Shown here: one piece after another, positions 18,027 to 26,147 of the stretch
Numbering within the stretch: the stretch's first letter is position 1
Layout: each line of letters begins with the position of its first letter
Assembly (NCBI GenBank): GCA_963695115.1
Contig: CAVOFX010000002.1
Location: 70,964 to 134,963 of the forward strand
Source: an uncultured Microthrixaceae bacterium
Lineage (GTDB): Bacteria; Actinomycetota; Acidimicrobiia; Acidimicrobiales; CAVOFX01
Reading direction: 5' to 3'
DNA: 64,000 nucleotides
Program-made: the position numbers and the translations under genes
Notes under the pieces: model-generated
Database searches by the model: none
Seen by the model: only the letters and a program-made list of their open reading frames with translations
Told to the model about the DNA's origin: nothing

Positions 18027-19469
18027 CTAGCGGCGGCGGCGAGCCGCTGCCTTGCGCCTGGCCGGGGCCTTCTTCTTGGCCGCTGCCTTGCGCTTCGCCG
18101 GGGCCTTCTTCTTGGCCGCTGCCTTGCGCTTCGCCGGAGCCTTCTTCTTGGCCGCTGCCTTGCGCTTCGCCGGAGCCTTCTTCTTGGCCGCTGCCTTGCG
18201 CTTCGCCGGAGCCTTGCGCTTCGCCGCTGCCTTGCGCTTGGCCGGAGCCTTGCGCTTCGCCGCTGCCTTGCGCTTGGCCGGAGCCTTGCGCTTGGCCGCT
18301 GCCTTGCGCTTGGCCGGAGCCTTGCGCTTGGCCGCTGCCTTGCGCTTGGCCGGAGCCTTGCGCTTGGCCGGGGCCTTCTTCCTGGCCGCCGCCTTCTTCT
18401 TTGCCGGGCTCTTTCTCTTGGTAGTTGCCACCAGCGCCTCCTCGGCGAAGTCGACTTCACCTTCTTGTCCCTCGCGATCACGCCCTTCCGTGTCGCGACC
18501 TGTCTTCGTTGATGACAAAGCTAGATCAATCCCGCGCCTAGGTGTGTCAATTCCTTCCACCTCGAAGAGATAGCGGCCTCCGCGCTTCAGGACCTCGCGC
18601 GCGCTTCGGGGAGGTGGATCGCCCAGTCGCGCCAGTGGTGCGTAGCAGCGAACGCCGTCGACGAGCACGTATGCACCGTGTGAGGAGAAGCGCTCGACCT
18701 CACCTTCGACGGTCGTTCCGAGCGTGTGCTTCGCGACGAACTCGATGAACGGCATCGGTTCGTTGAGGGCGTGTCCCGCCTTCGCGGGAGCGGTGGAGTC
18801 CGGAGTGCTCTTCTTCGCGTCCCCACCGCGGCGCGGTCCGGCCTGCTCCTTCGCCGCTGGTCGTGCGCGCGATCTGGAGCGCTTCGAAGCCGGCTCCTTC
18901 GCGTCGGCAGTCGCGCCGGCCTTCGCCTTCTTCACCCGCTCCTTCGTCGGCTTCTTCTGCGGCTCCTTCTTGGCGCGCCCCGACTTCTCTGTGGCGGGCT
19001 TGGCTCCCGGCTTCGCCGCGCGGCCCTTGGCCCTGGCCGGCGAACGACGCCCTCGAACAGGTGTACGATCGACGAAGACCCAGCCCACATGGGGGACCGG
19101 CTTGCCACCGACCAGCCTGCCTGGTTCGAACAGCCACGGAAACTGATCGTGGAACTCCTGGAATGAGTCGTTCGAGAGAACCGTGGCTCCCGCCCGACCG
19201 GCGATCTCCAGGATGAAGGCGTCACCCCTTCCGATCGTCCCCGCCGGTGGGGTGGTGATCTCGCCGGCCTCGACGGCCCGCTCGTACTCGGCCCGCTCGC
19301 CGGCGTCGATGCGATGCCCGAAGGTGGCATCGACCACCACGGTGAACTTCTTGTGGGGCCTCTCTGCCAGGAAGGCCCTGACGGCCTCGTCCAGCTGGGC
19401 CAGGCTCGGAACGCTGCGCCCTTCGGTTGCGATGTTGGATCCGTCTACGACGAGGAGGTTGTGGGTCAT
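18027..19469 (-). CDS. Zc3h12a-like NYN ribonuclease domain + S1-like RNA-binding domain + Lys/Ala-rich histone-H1-like repeat tail
   Basis: Track ORF 18027..19508 trimmed to MTHNLLVVDGSNIATEG. The N-terminus fits the NYN/Zc3h12a pattern (VVDGSNIA...FTVVVDATF...ITTPPAGTIGRGDAFILEIAGRAGATVLSNDSFQEF). The middle is S1-like (TTVEGEVERFSSHGAYVLVDGVRCYAPLARLG). The last roughly 130 aa are (AAKRKAPAKRKA)n. Confidence 0.8.
   Translation of the reverse strand: MTHNLLVVDGSNIATEGRSVPSLAQLDEAVRAFLAERPHKKFTVVVDATFGHRIDAGERAEYERAVEAGEITTPPAGTIGRGDAFILEIAGRAGATVLSNDSFQEFHDQFPWLFEPGRLVGGKPVPHVGWVFVDRTPVRGRRSPARAKGRAAKPGAKPATEKSGRAKKEPQKKPTKERVKKAKAGATADAKEPASKRSRSRARPAAKEQAGPRRGGDAKKSTPDSTAPAKAGHALNEPMPFIEFVAKHTLGTTVEGEVERFSSHGAYVLVDGVRCYAPLARLGDPPPRSAREVLKRGGRYLFEVEGIDTPRRGIDLALSSTKTGRDTEGRDREGQEGEVDFAEEALVATTKRKSPAKKKAAARKKAPAKRKAPAKRKAAAKRKAPAKRKAAAKRKAPAKRKAAAKRKAPAKRKAAAKRKAPAKRKAAAKKKAPAKRKAAAKKKAPAKRKAAAKKKAPAKRKAAAKKKAPARRKAAARRRR
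18030..18420. repeat. 36-bp tandem repeat array (about 10 near-identical units) encoding the Lys/Ala tail
   Basis: Units GCCGCTGCCTTGCGCTTCGCCGG(A/G)GCCTT(CTTCTTG/GCGCTTC/GCGCTTG) read directly. The periodicity also shows in antisense track ORFs 17742..18512 and 18052..18573. Confidence 0.9.
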
Positions 19470-19523
19470 GGAGCGGTGCTGCCCTTTCGGAAGGCTCCAG
19501 TCAATCACCTACGCTCCCTGCTG

Positions 19524-20171
19524 ATGGGCATCCGCGCCGCGTTCTTCGACTTCGGTGGCGTGCTGACCGAGAGCCCCTTCGAGTCCTTCGCCCGATACGA
19601 GCGCGCGCGGGGCCTCCCCGGAGGCTTCATCAGGGGTGTCAACGCGACCAATCCCGACGCGAACGCGTGGGCACTCCTCGAGCGCAGCGAGATCTCCATG
19701 GACGAGTTCGCGCTCCGCTTCGAGTCCGAGTCCGCATTGCTCGGACATGCCGTGAACGGGCACGAGGTCCTGGCGCTCCTCGGCGGAGAGCTGAGGCCGC
19801 GCATGCTCGAGGTGGTACGGCGATGTGCGGAGAGCTTGCGCACGGGCCTGCTCACCAACAACTTCGTCTTCCCCGGCCCACGGGCCGAGCCGGAAGGGGA
19901 GGGCGATCGGGAGCACGCGCTCGCCCGGGCGCTCTCCCACTTCGAGGTGGTCGTCGAGTCGAGCAGGGTCGGGTGCCGCAAGCCCGACCCGCGCTTCTAT
20001 GAGATCGCGTGCGAGCTCGCGGAGGTCTCCCCGTCGGAGGTCGTGTACCTGGATGACCTGGGCGTGAACCTCAAACCAGCGCGCGCCATGGGGATGACCA
20101 CGATAAAGGTCGTCGATCCCGCCGACGCGATCGCGGAGCTGGAGCAGGTCGTCGGGTTCGCGCTCGGCTGA
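19524..20171 (+). CDS. HAD-superfamily hydrolase (subfamily IA-like)
   Basis: Track ORF 19314..20171 trimmed to MGIRAAFFDFGGVLTESPFE (DxDG-type motif I is FDFGGV). Later motifs LLTNN, KPDPRFY and VVYLDDLGVNLKPARAMGM. Confidence 0.85.
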   Translation: MGIRAAFFDFGGVLTESPFESFARYERARGLPGGFIRGVNATNPDANAWALLERSEISMDEFALRFESESALLGHAVNGHEVLALLGGELRPRMLEVVRRCAESLRTGLLTNNFVFPGPRAEPEGEGDREHALARALSHFEVVVESSRVGCRKPDPRFYEIACELAEVSPSEVVYLDDLGVNLKPARAMGMTTIKVVDPADAIAELEQVVGFALG

Positions 20172-20177
20172 CCCCCG

Positions 20178-22775
20178 TCAACCCCCCAGGTACGCCGCGC
20201 GGATCTCGGCGTCGCCGGCCAGCTCCTGCGCCGGACCGGAGCGGGTGACGCGCCCGCTCTCGAGGATGTAGGCGCGGTCGGCAGCACCGAGCGCCTTGGT
20301 GGCCATCTGCTCGACGAGGAGGATCGAGATCCCCTCGTCGGCCAGTCCTCCGATCGCGGCGAACACCTCGTCGACGAGAAGCGGGGCGAGCCCCAGGGAG
20401 GGTTCGTCGAGGAGCAGGAACCGTGGCCGGGCCAGGAGCGCTCGCCCGATCGCGAGCATCTGCTGCTCACCCCCCGAGAGCAGGCCGGCGGGGCGCCGGC
20501 GCCTCTCGCCGAGGGCGGGGAACCGCTCGTAGATGCCCTCGATCTCGCTTCGCAGATCGCCGTTGCGGCGCGTGTGCGCACCGAGGAGCAGGTTCTCCTC
20601 CACCGATGACTCGGCGAAGACGCGTCTGCCTTCCGGGACGTGGGCGAGCCCGAGCCGAGCGATCCGGTGCCCCGGGAGGCGATCGATGCGCCGGCCCGCG
20701 AAGGAGATCTCCCCGTCCAGGGTCATGAGCAGCTCGGAGAAGCCCGAGATGGCCTTGAGGGTGGTGGTCTTCCCGGCTCCGTTCGCCCCGATCAGCGCCA
20801 CGACCTCGCCCTCGTGCACCTCAAGGCTGACATCGTGCAGTGCCGGCGCCTCGCCGTACCTGACGGTCAGGTCGGACACCTTCAGGAGCGGCTCGGATCC
20901 GGATGCGGTGGTGGGGATCGGCCGACGCACGGCAGCCCTGTCGCCCGACTCGCGGGCGCCGAGGTAGGCCTCCACCACGGCGGGGTTCCCGGCGACCTCC
21001 GCCGGGGTCCCCTCGGCGAGGACCCGGCCGTAGTCGAGCACGGTGATCCGGTCGGAGAGCCCCATCACGACGTCCATGTGGTGCTCGATGAGCAGAACCC
21101 CGATCCCGGATCGGCGGACCGAGGCGATGAGCTCGACCAGCTGAGGCAGGTCGGACGGATGCATGCCGGCTGCCGGCTCGTCGAGGATGAGCAGATCCGG
21201 CTGCGAGGCGAGGGCTCGGGCTATCTCGAGTCGCCGCTGGTCGATGAACGGCAACGACCCGGCGAGGTCGTGGGCCCTGTCGGAGAGGCCCACGAAGCGG
21301 AGGAGATCCGAGGCGTGGCGGCGCAGGCGATCCTCGTCGCGTCGGAGCCAGCGGGGGAGGAGAGACGAGCGGACGAGTCCGGTGCGGCTCCGTCGGTGGG
21401 AGCCGACGAGCACGTTGTCGATCACGGACATCCGCCGCCAGATCTGGCAGGTCTGGAAGGTACGCCCGAGGCCGACCGCGGAGCACCGGTGGGGTGACTC
21501 GCCGGCTATGTCACGACCCCGGAACAGAACTCGGCCATGGTCGGGCCGGTACAGGCCGGTCACGACGTTCGCCAGCGTCGACTTCCCCGAGCCGTTGGGC
21601 CCGATCAGGGCATGGATGGTGCCCGAACGGACCTCGAGGTCGACGCCGTTCAACGCCGCGACACCGCCGAACGCGATCGTCACGCTCCGTAGGTCGAGCA
21701 GGATCTCTTCGGAGGCGACCTCGTGCGTCGGTCTCACAGGCAGCTCGTCTTGGGTCGGCGGGAGGGAGCCGGCCCCGGCGAGCCAGGGCCGGAGACGGCG
21801 GTTGACGGTCCCGACCGCACCGGTCGGCATCGCCACGGTGATGAGGATCACCAGCGCGCCCAGGAAGAGGGTGTCCCACTCACCGAGGCGCTCCGTGAGG
21901 CTCTCGCCCCCGAGCTCCACCCCGAATCCCAGGGTGAACACGAAGGCACCCACGATCGGGCCGAACACCGTGCCCAGACCTCCGAACACCGCGTAGACGA
22001 CCAGCCGGAACGACTGGGCCACCATGGAGGTGCCGTCCGCCATCGTGACCTGGAGGTTCGTCTGGGCGGCGAGGACTCCGGCCAGGGAGACCATGCCCGC
22101 GGAGAGGGCGAAGACCGAGACCTTGTACCAGTAGGTGGGAACGCCGCACGTGCCGGCAGCGAGCTCGCTCTCGCGGATCGCCTGGTAGGCGCGTCCCCAC
22201 CTGCTGTTGGCGAGGTTCCAGCTCACGAAGAGGCAGAACAGGAGCAGAACGGTCCCGACCAGATAGAGGCCCACATAGGGGCGGTTGGGGTTGTAGGGGT
22301 CGAGGAACCCGAAGTTCGTGTCGAGAGGCTCGATGACCCCACGGCCCGACAGGCCGCTGAAGGCGCTCTCGAACAGGAGCGCCAGCGCCGAGGCGATGAG
22401 GCCGAACGCCAGCGTCATGACCGTGAGGTAGAAGCCCCTCAGGTGCACACACGTCAACGCGAGCAGCGCCCCCATCAACATCCCGGCGAGGAACGCCGCC
22501 GGGAACCCGAGCCACGGATCGAGACCCCAGTCCTCCACGGCCCAGATCGCACCGACGAAGCCCCCGTAGATGAAGAAGGCCCAGTGGCCGAGCGAGAGAA
22601 GACCCGTGTAGCCGAGGAGGAGGTTGACGCCGATCACGGCCATCCCGATCCAGAGGGCCTGCAGACCCAGCAGCAGCCAGAACCGGTCGTCGGCCTGGGC
22701 CCTCCCGAACCACCCGAGGAACGCGACGAGGCACACCGCGGGGACGAACGGGAGTGCCCTCCTGAGCGTGCTCAA
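20178..22775 (-). CDS. branched-chain-amino-acid-type ABC transporter, fused permease (LivM-like) + ATPase (LivG-like) + ATPase (LivF-like)
   Basis: Single uninterrupted track ORF of 865 aa. The roughly 330 aa polytopic N-terminus contains LLLGYTGLLSLGHWAFFIYGG. ATPase 1: LIGPNGSGKSTL...LILDEPAAGM...EAYLG. ATPase 2: LIGANGAGKTTTL...LSGGEQQMLAIGRALLARPRFLLLDEPSLGLAP...AAYLGG. Confidence 0.85.
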   Translation of the reverse strand: MSTLRRALPFVPAVCLVAFLGWFGRAQADDRFWLLLGLQALWIGMAVIGVNLLLGYTGLLSLGHWAFFIYGGFVGAIWAVEDWGLDPWLGFPAAFLAGMLMGALLALTCVHLRGFYLTVMTLAFGLIASALALLFESAFSGLSGRGVIEPLDTNFGFLDPYNPNRPYVGLYLVGTVLLLFCLFVSWNLANSRWGRAYQAIRESELAAGTCGVPTYWYKVSVFALSAGMVSLAGVLAAQTNLQVTMADGTSMVAQSFRLVVYAVFGGLGTVFGPIVGAFVFTLGFGVELGGESLTERLGEWDTLFLGALVILITVAMPTGAVGTVNRRLRPWLAGAGSLPPTQDELPVRPTHEVASEEILLDLRSVTIAFGGVAALNGVDLEVRSGTIHALIGPNGSGKSTLANVVTGLYRPDHGRVLFRGRDIAGESPHRCSAVGLGRTFQTCQIWRRMSVIDNVLVGSHRRSRTGLVRSSLLPRWLRRDEDRLRRHASDLLRFVGLSDRAHDLAGSLPFIDQRRLEIARALASQPDLLILDEPAAGMHPSDLPQLVELIASVRRSGIGVLLIEHHMDVVMGLSDRITVLDYGRVLAEGTPAEVAGNPAVVEAYLGARESGDRAAVRRPIPTTASGSEPLLKVSDLTVRYGEAPALHDVSLEVHEGEVVALIGANGAGKTTTLKAISGFSELLMTLDGEISFAGRRIDRLPGHRIARLGLAHVPEGRRVFAESSVEENLLLGAHTRRNGDLRSEIEGIYERFPALGERRRRPAGLLSGGEQQMLAIGRALLARPRFLLLDEPSLGLAPLLVDEVFAAIGGLADEGISILLVEQMATKALGAADRAYILESGRVTRSGPAQELAGDAEIRAAYLGG

Positions 22776-23684
22776 ACCTTCTCCACGACGGGACGGCCGA
22801 AGAGCCCTGTCGGGCGCAGTGCGAGGACGAGGACGAAGACGGCGAAGACGGCGAGCGGCCGGTACGCGTCCGCTCGGGAGGTGAGGACCCCGACGGTTCC
22901 CTCGACGAGCCCGATCGTGATCCCCCCGACGATGGCGCCGCGGGGTGATCCGAGCCCTCCGAGCACCGCGGCGACGAAGCCCGCGAACCCGAGGTTCAGG
23001 GCGATCGGGAAGCGGACACCGAGCTGAGGGGCGACCAGCACCCCGGCCAGGCCTGCGAGCGCGCCGGCCACCAGGAACGCCAACCGGATCATCGCCGTCG
23101 GGTTGATCCCCATGAGGGACGCGACCTGTCGGTCCTGCGCCACCGCCCGGAAGGCCCGGCCGACGCGGGTGTGTGCCTGGAGCAGCTCGAGAGCCACCAC
23201 GATCACCACCGTCGTGGCCACGAGCATCAGGTCACTCGGCCCGATCGGTACGTCGAGGGCGATGCTGCCCTGCCATCCGGCGAGCGAACCGACGAGGTCG
23301 GGGAGCGCCTGGCCTTCGTCGCTGATGGCCTTTGGCCACCAGCTCCTGGATGACGATGGCGGCACCGAAGGTGGTCACGAGCCAGCCGATGTTCGTCGAA
23401 GGATCGAATCGACCGAGAGGGGCGATGGTGACGGCGTGGACGACGAGGCCCGCGACGGCGGCCAACACCATCACCAGGAGCGTGACCGCGGCGAGGGGGA
23501 TGTCCCCATCGAAGGCCTGGTCGTACAGCCACCAGGCGAGGTAGCCACCGAGCACCACGAGCGTGCCCTGGGCGAAGTTGACGATCCGGGTGGTCGAGAA
23601 GATCAGGCTGTAGCCGAGCGCGACCAGGGCGTACACCGAGCCGATGGTGATCCCGTACACGAGGGCCTGGAGCAGATCTCCCAC
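22772..23684 (-). pseudogene. LivH-like ABC permease, one apparent frameshift near 23328-23333
   Basis: Track ORF 23232..23684 (MGDLLQALVYGITIGSVYALVALGYSLIFSTTRIVNFAQG...AAIVIQELVAK) continues in track ORF 22772..23365 (...AISDEGQALPDLV...FRAVAQDRQVASLMGINP...LGGLGSPRGAIVGGITIGLVE). One extra base lies at GCCAAAGGCC. The 4-nt overlap with the downstream fused gene is consistent with an operon. Confidence 0.8.
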
Positions 23685-23697
23685 CGGCCCGGCACCC

Positions 23698-25260
23698 TCA
23701 GTGGATCTTGCAGTCTGTGGTCATCTCGACGTCGGTCCCCAGGACGTCGGCCGGCGTCTTGGTGCACTGGGTGCCCCAGCCCTCCTCGAGCAGCCGGGCC
23801 ATGTAGTCGGGTTGGGCGCGCATGTTCGCCTCGAGCGTCGGACGTACCAGGTGGGCGGGCCCGATGTAGTCGGCCTTGACGAGGGGGAACGTCTCCTCCC
23901 ACTCGCGGCCGAGCACGTACGGGGGGTCGGTCTCGGTCGGGCCGTCGTAGCGCTCGAGGCTGATGAGGCATACCTCGTCGCGGCTGAGACCGAGGTGGTT
24001 CTCGGGGTCGAGCTGGAACTCGAGGCCCGCGAAGCGGGTGCGCAGCCCCGAGAGCCTCTCGACCATCTTCGCCCGGTCGGTCGAGCCGGCGAGGCGGACG
24101 GATTCGATCAGCGCCCACCAGGCGTTCGCAGCCCCCTCCTCACCACCGGTTGCACCCTTGCCGTCGTACGCGAGCAGCCAGTCGCGGATCGGGAACTCCG
24201 GTCCGCCGACCAGCCCGCCCAGGTACCAGGCGGTGAGGGTCCCCACCTTCGCGGCGTCACCGGCCAGCTCGGCCCACTTCTTCTCCCCGGTCCCACCGGG
24301 ATAGCCGAGGATCTGTGGGTGCCAGCCGTCGCCCGACCTCGCGGTGGGCGTGTCGATGTAGCTGGCATCCAGGTCGGCCAACCCCTTGATGATCTGGGCG
24401 GTGTTGTCGGAGACGCCCCAGACGAAGAGGCTCTCGGGGGCGGCTTCCTTCAGCCGTCTCAGCTGAGCGCCGTAGTCGGCCGTGAAGATCTGGAACTCCT
24501 CGACACCGACGACCTCCAGCCCGTGGTCAGATGCGGCCGCCTCGAACCACTCACGGGTCTCCGTGTTGAGGCTGGTGTCGTAGATGAGCCCTGTCGTCGA
24601 GTAGCCGCGGTCGTCGGCTGCGTAGGCGCAGAGCGTGTCCAGCGAGAGCTTGTCGGGCAGGAGCAGCTGGAAGATGCTGCGTCCGGCGCCCGAGACATCG
24701 AGCTCGCCGAACGACCAGGGGTCCGAGTACACCGCGATCACGGGCATCTGGTCGCGCTGGATCTGGGGCAGGGCCTCGGTGAGCCCGAGCGGGGTGCACC
24801 AGAGGATCCCGATGATGTCGGGGTCCGAGACCAGCTGGTTGTAGGCGTTGCCCGTGCCCTCGGCGAACTGCTCGGCCGGAGCGTTCACGATCTGGTAGTC
24901 GACCGTCGTCCCGGGTAGCAGCCCCTCCTCTTCGATGTGCAGCTTCGAGGCTGCCAGGGAGCGCTTCACGATGTCGCCGAGGAACTGCCCGATGCCCGAG
25001 GTCGGGACGATCACGCCGATCTTGAGCGACGACGGGAGCGTCCCGCCGCCATCTCCGCCACCGTTGCCGCCGTCACCGCCCCCGTCGTCGCCGCATCCGG
25101 CCAGCGGGCCGAACGCACCCAGGAGGGAGAGGCCGGCCAGACTGCTCTTACCGGCCCAGTTGAGGAACGCCCGGCGGTCGACCGGTCGTCGCACCACGTC
25201 CAGGGCGGGGATGGTCCGGGGCGGGGTCGGACGTGCTTCGGTTCCCACGGTCTTCACCAC
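23698..25260 (-). CDS. ABC transporter substrate-binding lipoprotein (Leu/Ile/Val-binding, type-1 periplasmic-binding fold), Tat-like signal
   Basis: Track ORF of 520 aa. It has an RRAFLNWAGKSSLAGLSLLGAFGPLAGC signal with a lipobox, then a Gly/Asp linker and LKIGVIVPTSGIGQFLG. It is the first gene of the liv-like operon. Confidence 0.8.
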   Translation of the reverse strand: MVKTVGTEARPTPPRTIPALDVVRRPVDRRAFLNWAGKSSLAGLSLLGAFGPLAGCGDDGGGDGGNGGGDGGGTLPSSLKIGVIVPTSGIGQFLGDIVKRSLAASKLHIEEEGLLPGTTVDYQIVNAPAEQFAEGTGNAYNQLVSDPDIIGILWCTPLGLTEALPQIQRDQMPVIAVYSDPWSFGELDVSGAGRSIFQLLLPDKLSLDTLCAYAADDRGYSTTGLIYDTSLNTETREWFEAAASDHGLEVVGVEEFQIFTADYGAQLRRLKEAAPESLFVWGVSDNTAQIIKGLADLDASYIDTPTARSGDGWHPQILGYPGGTGEKKWAELAGDAAKVGTLTAWYLGGLVGGPEFPIRDWLLAYDGKGATGGEEGAANAWWALIESVRLAGSTDRAKMVERLSGLRTRFAGLEFQLDPENHLGLSRDEVCLISLERYDGPTETDPPYVLGREWEETFPLVKADYIGPAHLVRPTLEANMRAQPDYMARLLEEGWGTQCTKTPADVLGTDVEMTTDCKIH

Positions 25261-25340
25261 CTTCTCGCTAGCGCCCCGCCACCAGGCGCTCGGTAGCCTA
25301 CGCGCGAGCGGGCTGGACGGCGAGGAGAAGGCGATGTCGT

Positions 25341-26147
25341 TTGGTGCCTGTGGCGGTTAGCGTGCCCGAAGTGCGGATCGCGACCTGGAACGTGAACTCG
25401 CTGAAGGCGCGCATGCCGCGAGTCGAGGAGTGGATCGGGCTCTGGGAGCCCGACGTGCTGCTGCTGCAGGAGACGAAGCTCGCCGACGACGCGTTCCCCG
25501 CGTTGAGCTTCCATGCAATGGGCTACGAGTCCGTGCACCACGGAGAGGGGCGCTGGAACGGCGTGGCGATACTGAGCCGGGTGGGGCTCGACGACGTCCG
25601 GGTGGGCTTCGGGGACCCCGATCCCCCTGATCCGGAGGCCCGGCTCGTGTGGGCCACCTGCGGCGGCATCCGGGTCGGGTCGGTGTACGTGCCGAACGGG
25701 CGGAGCCTGGAGGATCCGCACTACCTGTACAAGCTCGACTTCCTCGACCGGCTGCGGGCGCTGCTCGAGAGCAGTGAGGATCCCGGCTCCGACCTGGTGC
25801 TGGGCGGTGACTTCAACATCGCCCCCGACGACCGCGACCTCTGGGACCCCGAGGTGTTCGTCGGTGCCACCCACGTCAGCGAGGCCGAGCGCGAGCGCTT
25901 CCGAGCACTGGTGGACTGGGGGCTACGGGACACGTTCCGCGACGTGTACGACTCGGGCGGCCTCTTCACCTGGTGGGACTACCGGGGAGGGAGCTTCCAC
26001 AGGAAGATGGGCATGCGGATCGACCACCTCTTGGCAACTGCCCCTCTCGCCGCGCGGCTCACAGCGATCCTCGTCGACCGCAACGCTCGCAAGGGCAAGT
26101 CGCCGTCGGACCACGCACCCCTCGTGGCGGACTTCGCCGTCGGCTAG
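25341..26147 (+). CDS. xthA: exodeoxyribonuclease III
   Basis: Track ORF of 268 aa. Motifs RIATWNVNSLKAR, DVLLLQETK, GGDFNIAP and SDHAPLVADF. The true start is probably the GTG at 25371 (VRIATWNVN). Confidence 0.9.
   Translation: MVPVAVSVPEVRIATWNVNSLKARMPRVEEWIGLWEPDVLLLQETKLADDAFPALSFHAMGYESVHHGEGRWNGVAILSRVGLDDVRVGFGDPDPPDPEARLVWATCGGIRVGSVYVPNGRSLEDPHYLYKLDFLDRLRALLESSEDPGSDLVLGGDFNIAPDDRDLWDPEVFVGATHVSEAERERFRALVDWGLRDTFRDVYDSGGLFTWWDYRGGSFHRKMGMRIDHLLATAPLAARLTAILVDRNARKGKSPSDHAPLVADFAVG

Noticed and set aside
18030-18573. Regularly spaced 36-bp repeats considered as a CRISPR array, and plus-strand repeat ORFs (17742..18512, 18052..18573) considered as genes
   Set aside because: The units are directly tandem, with no unique spacers, and lie in frame inside a minus-strand coding sequence (Lys/Ala tail). 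The plus-strand ORFs are just the antisense reading of that repeat.
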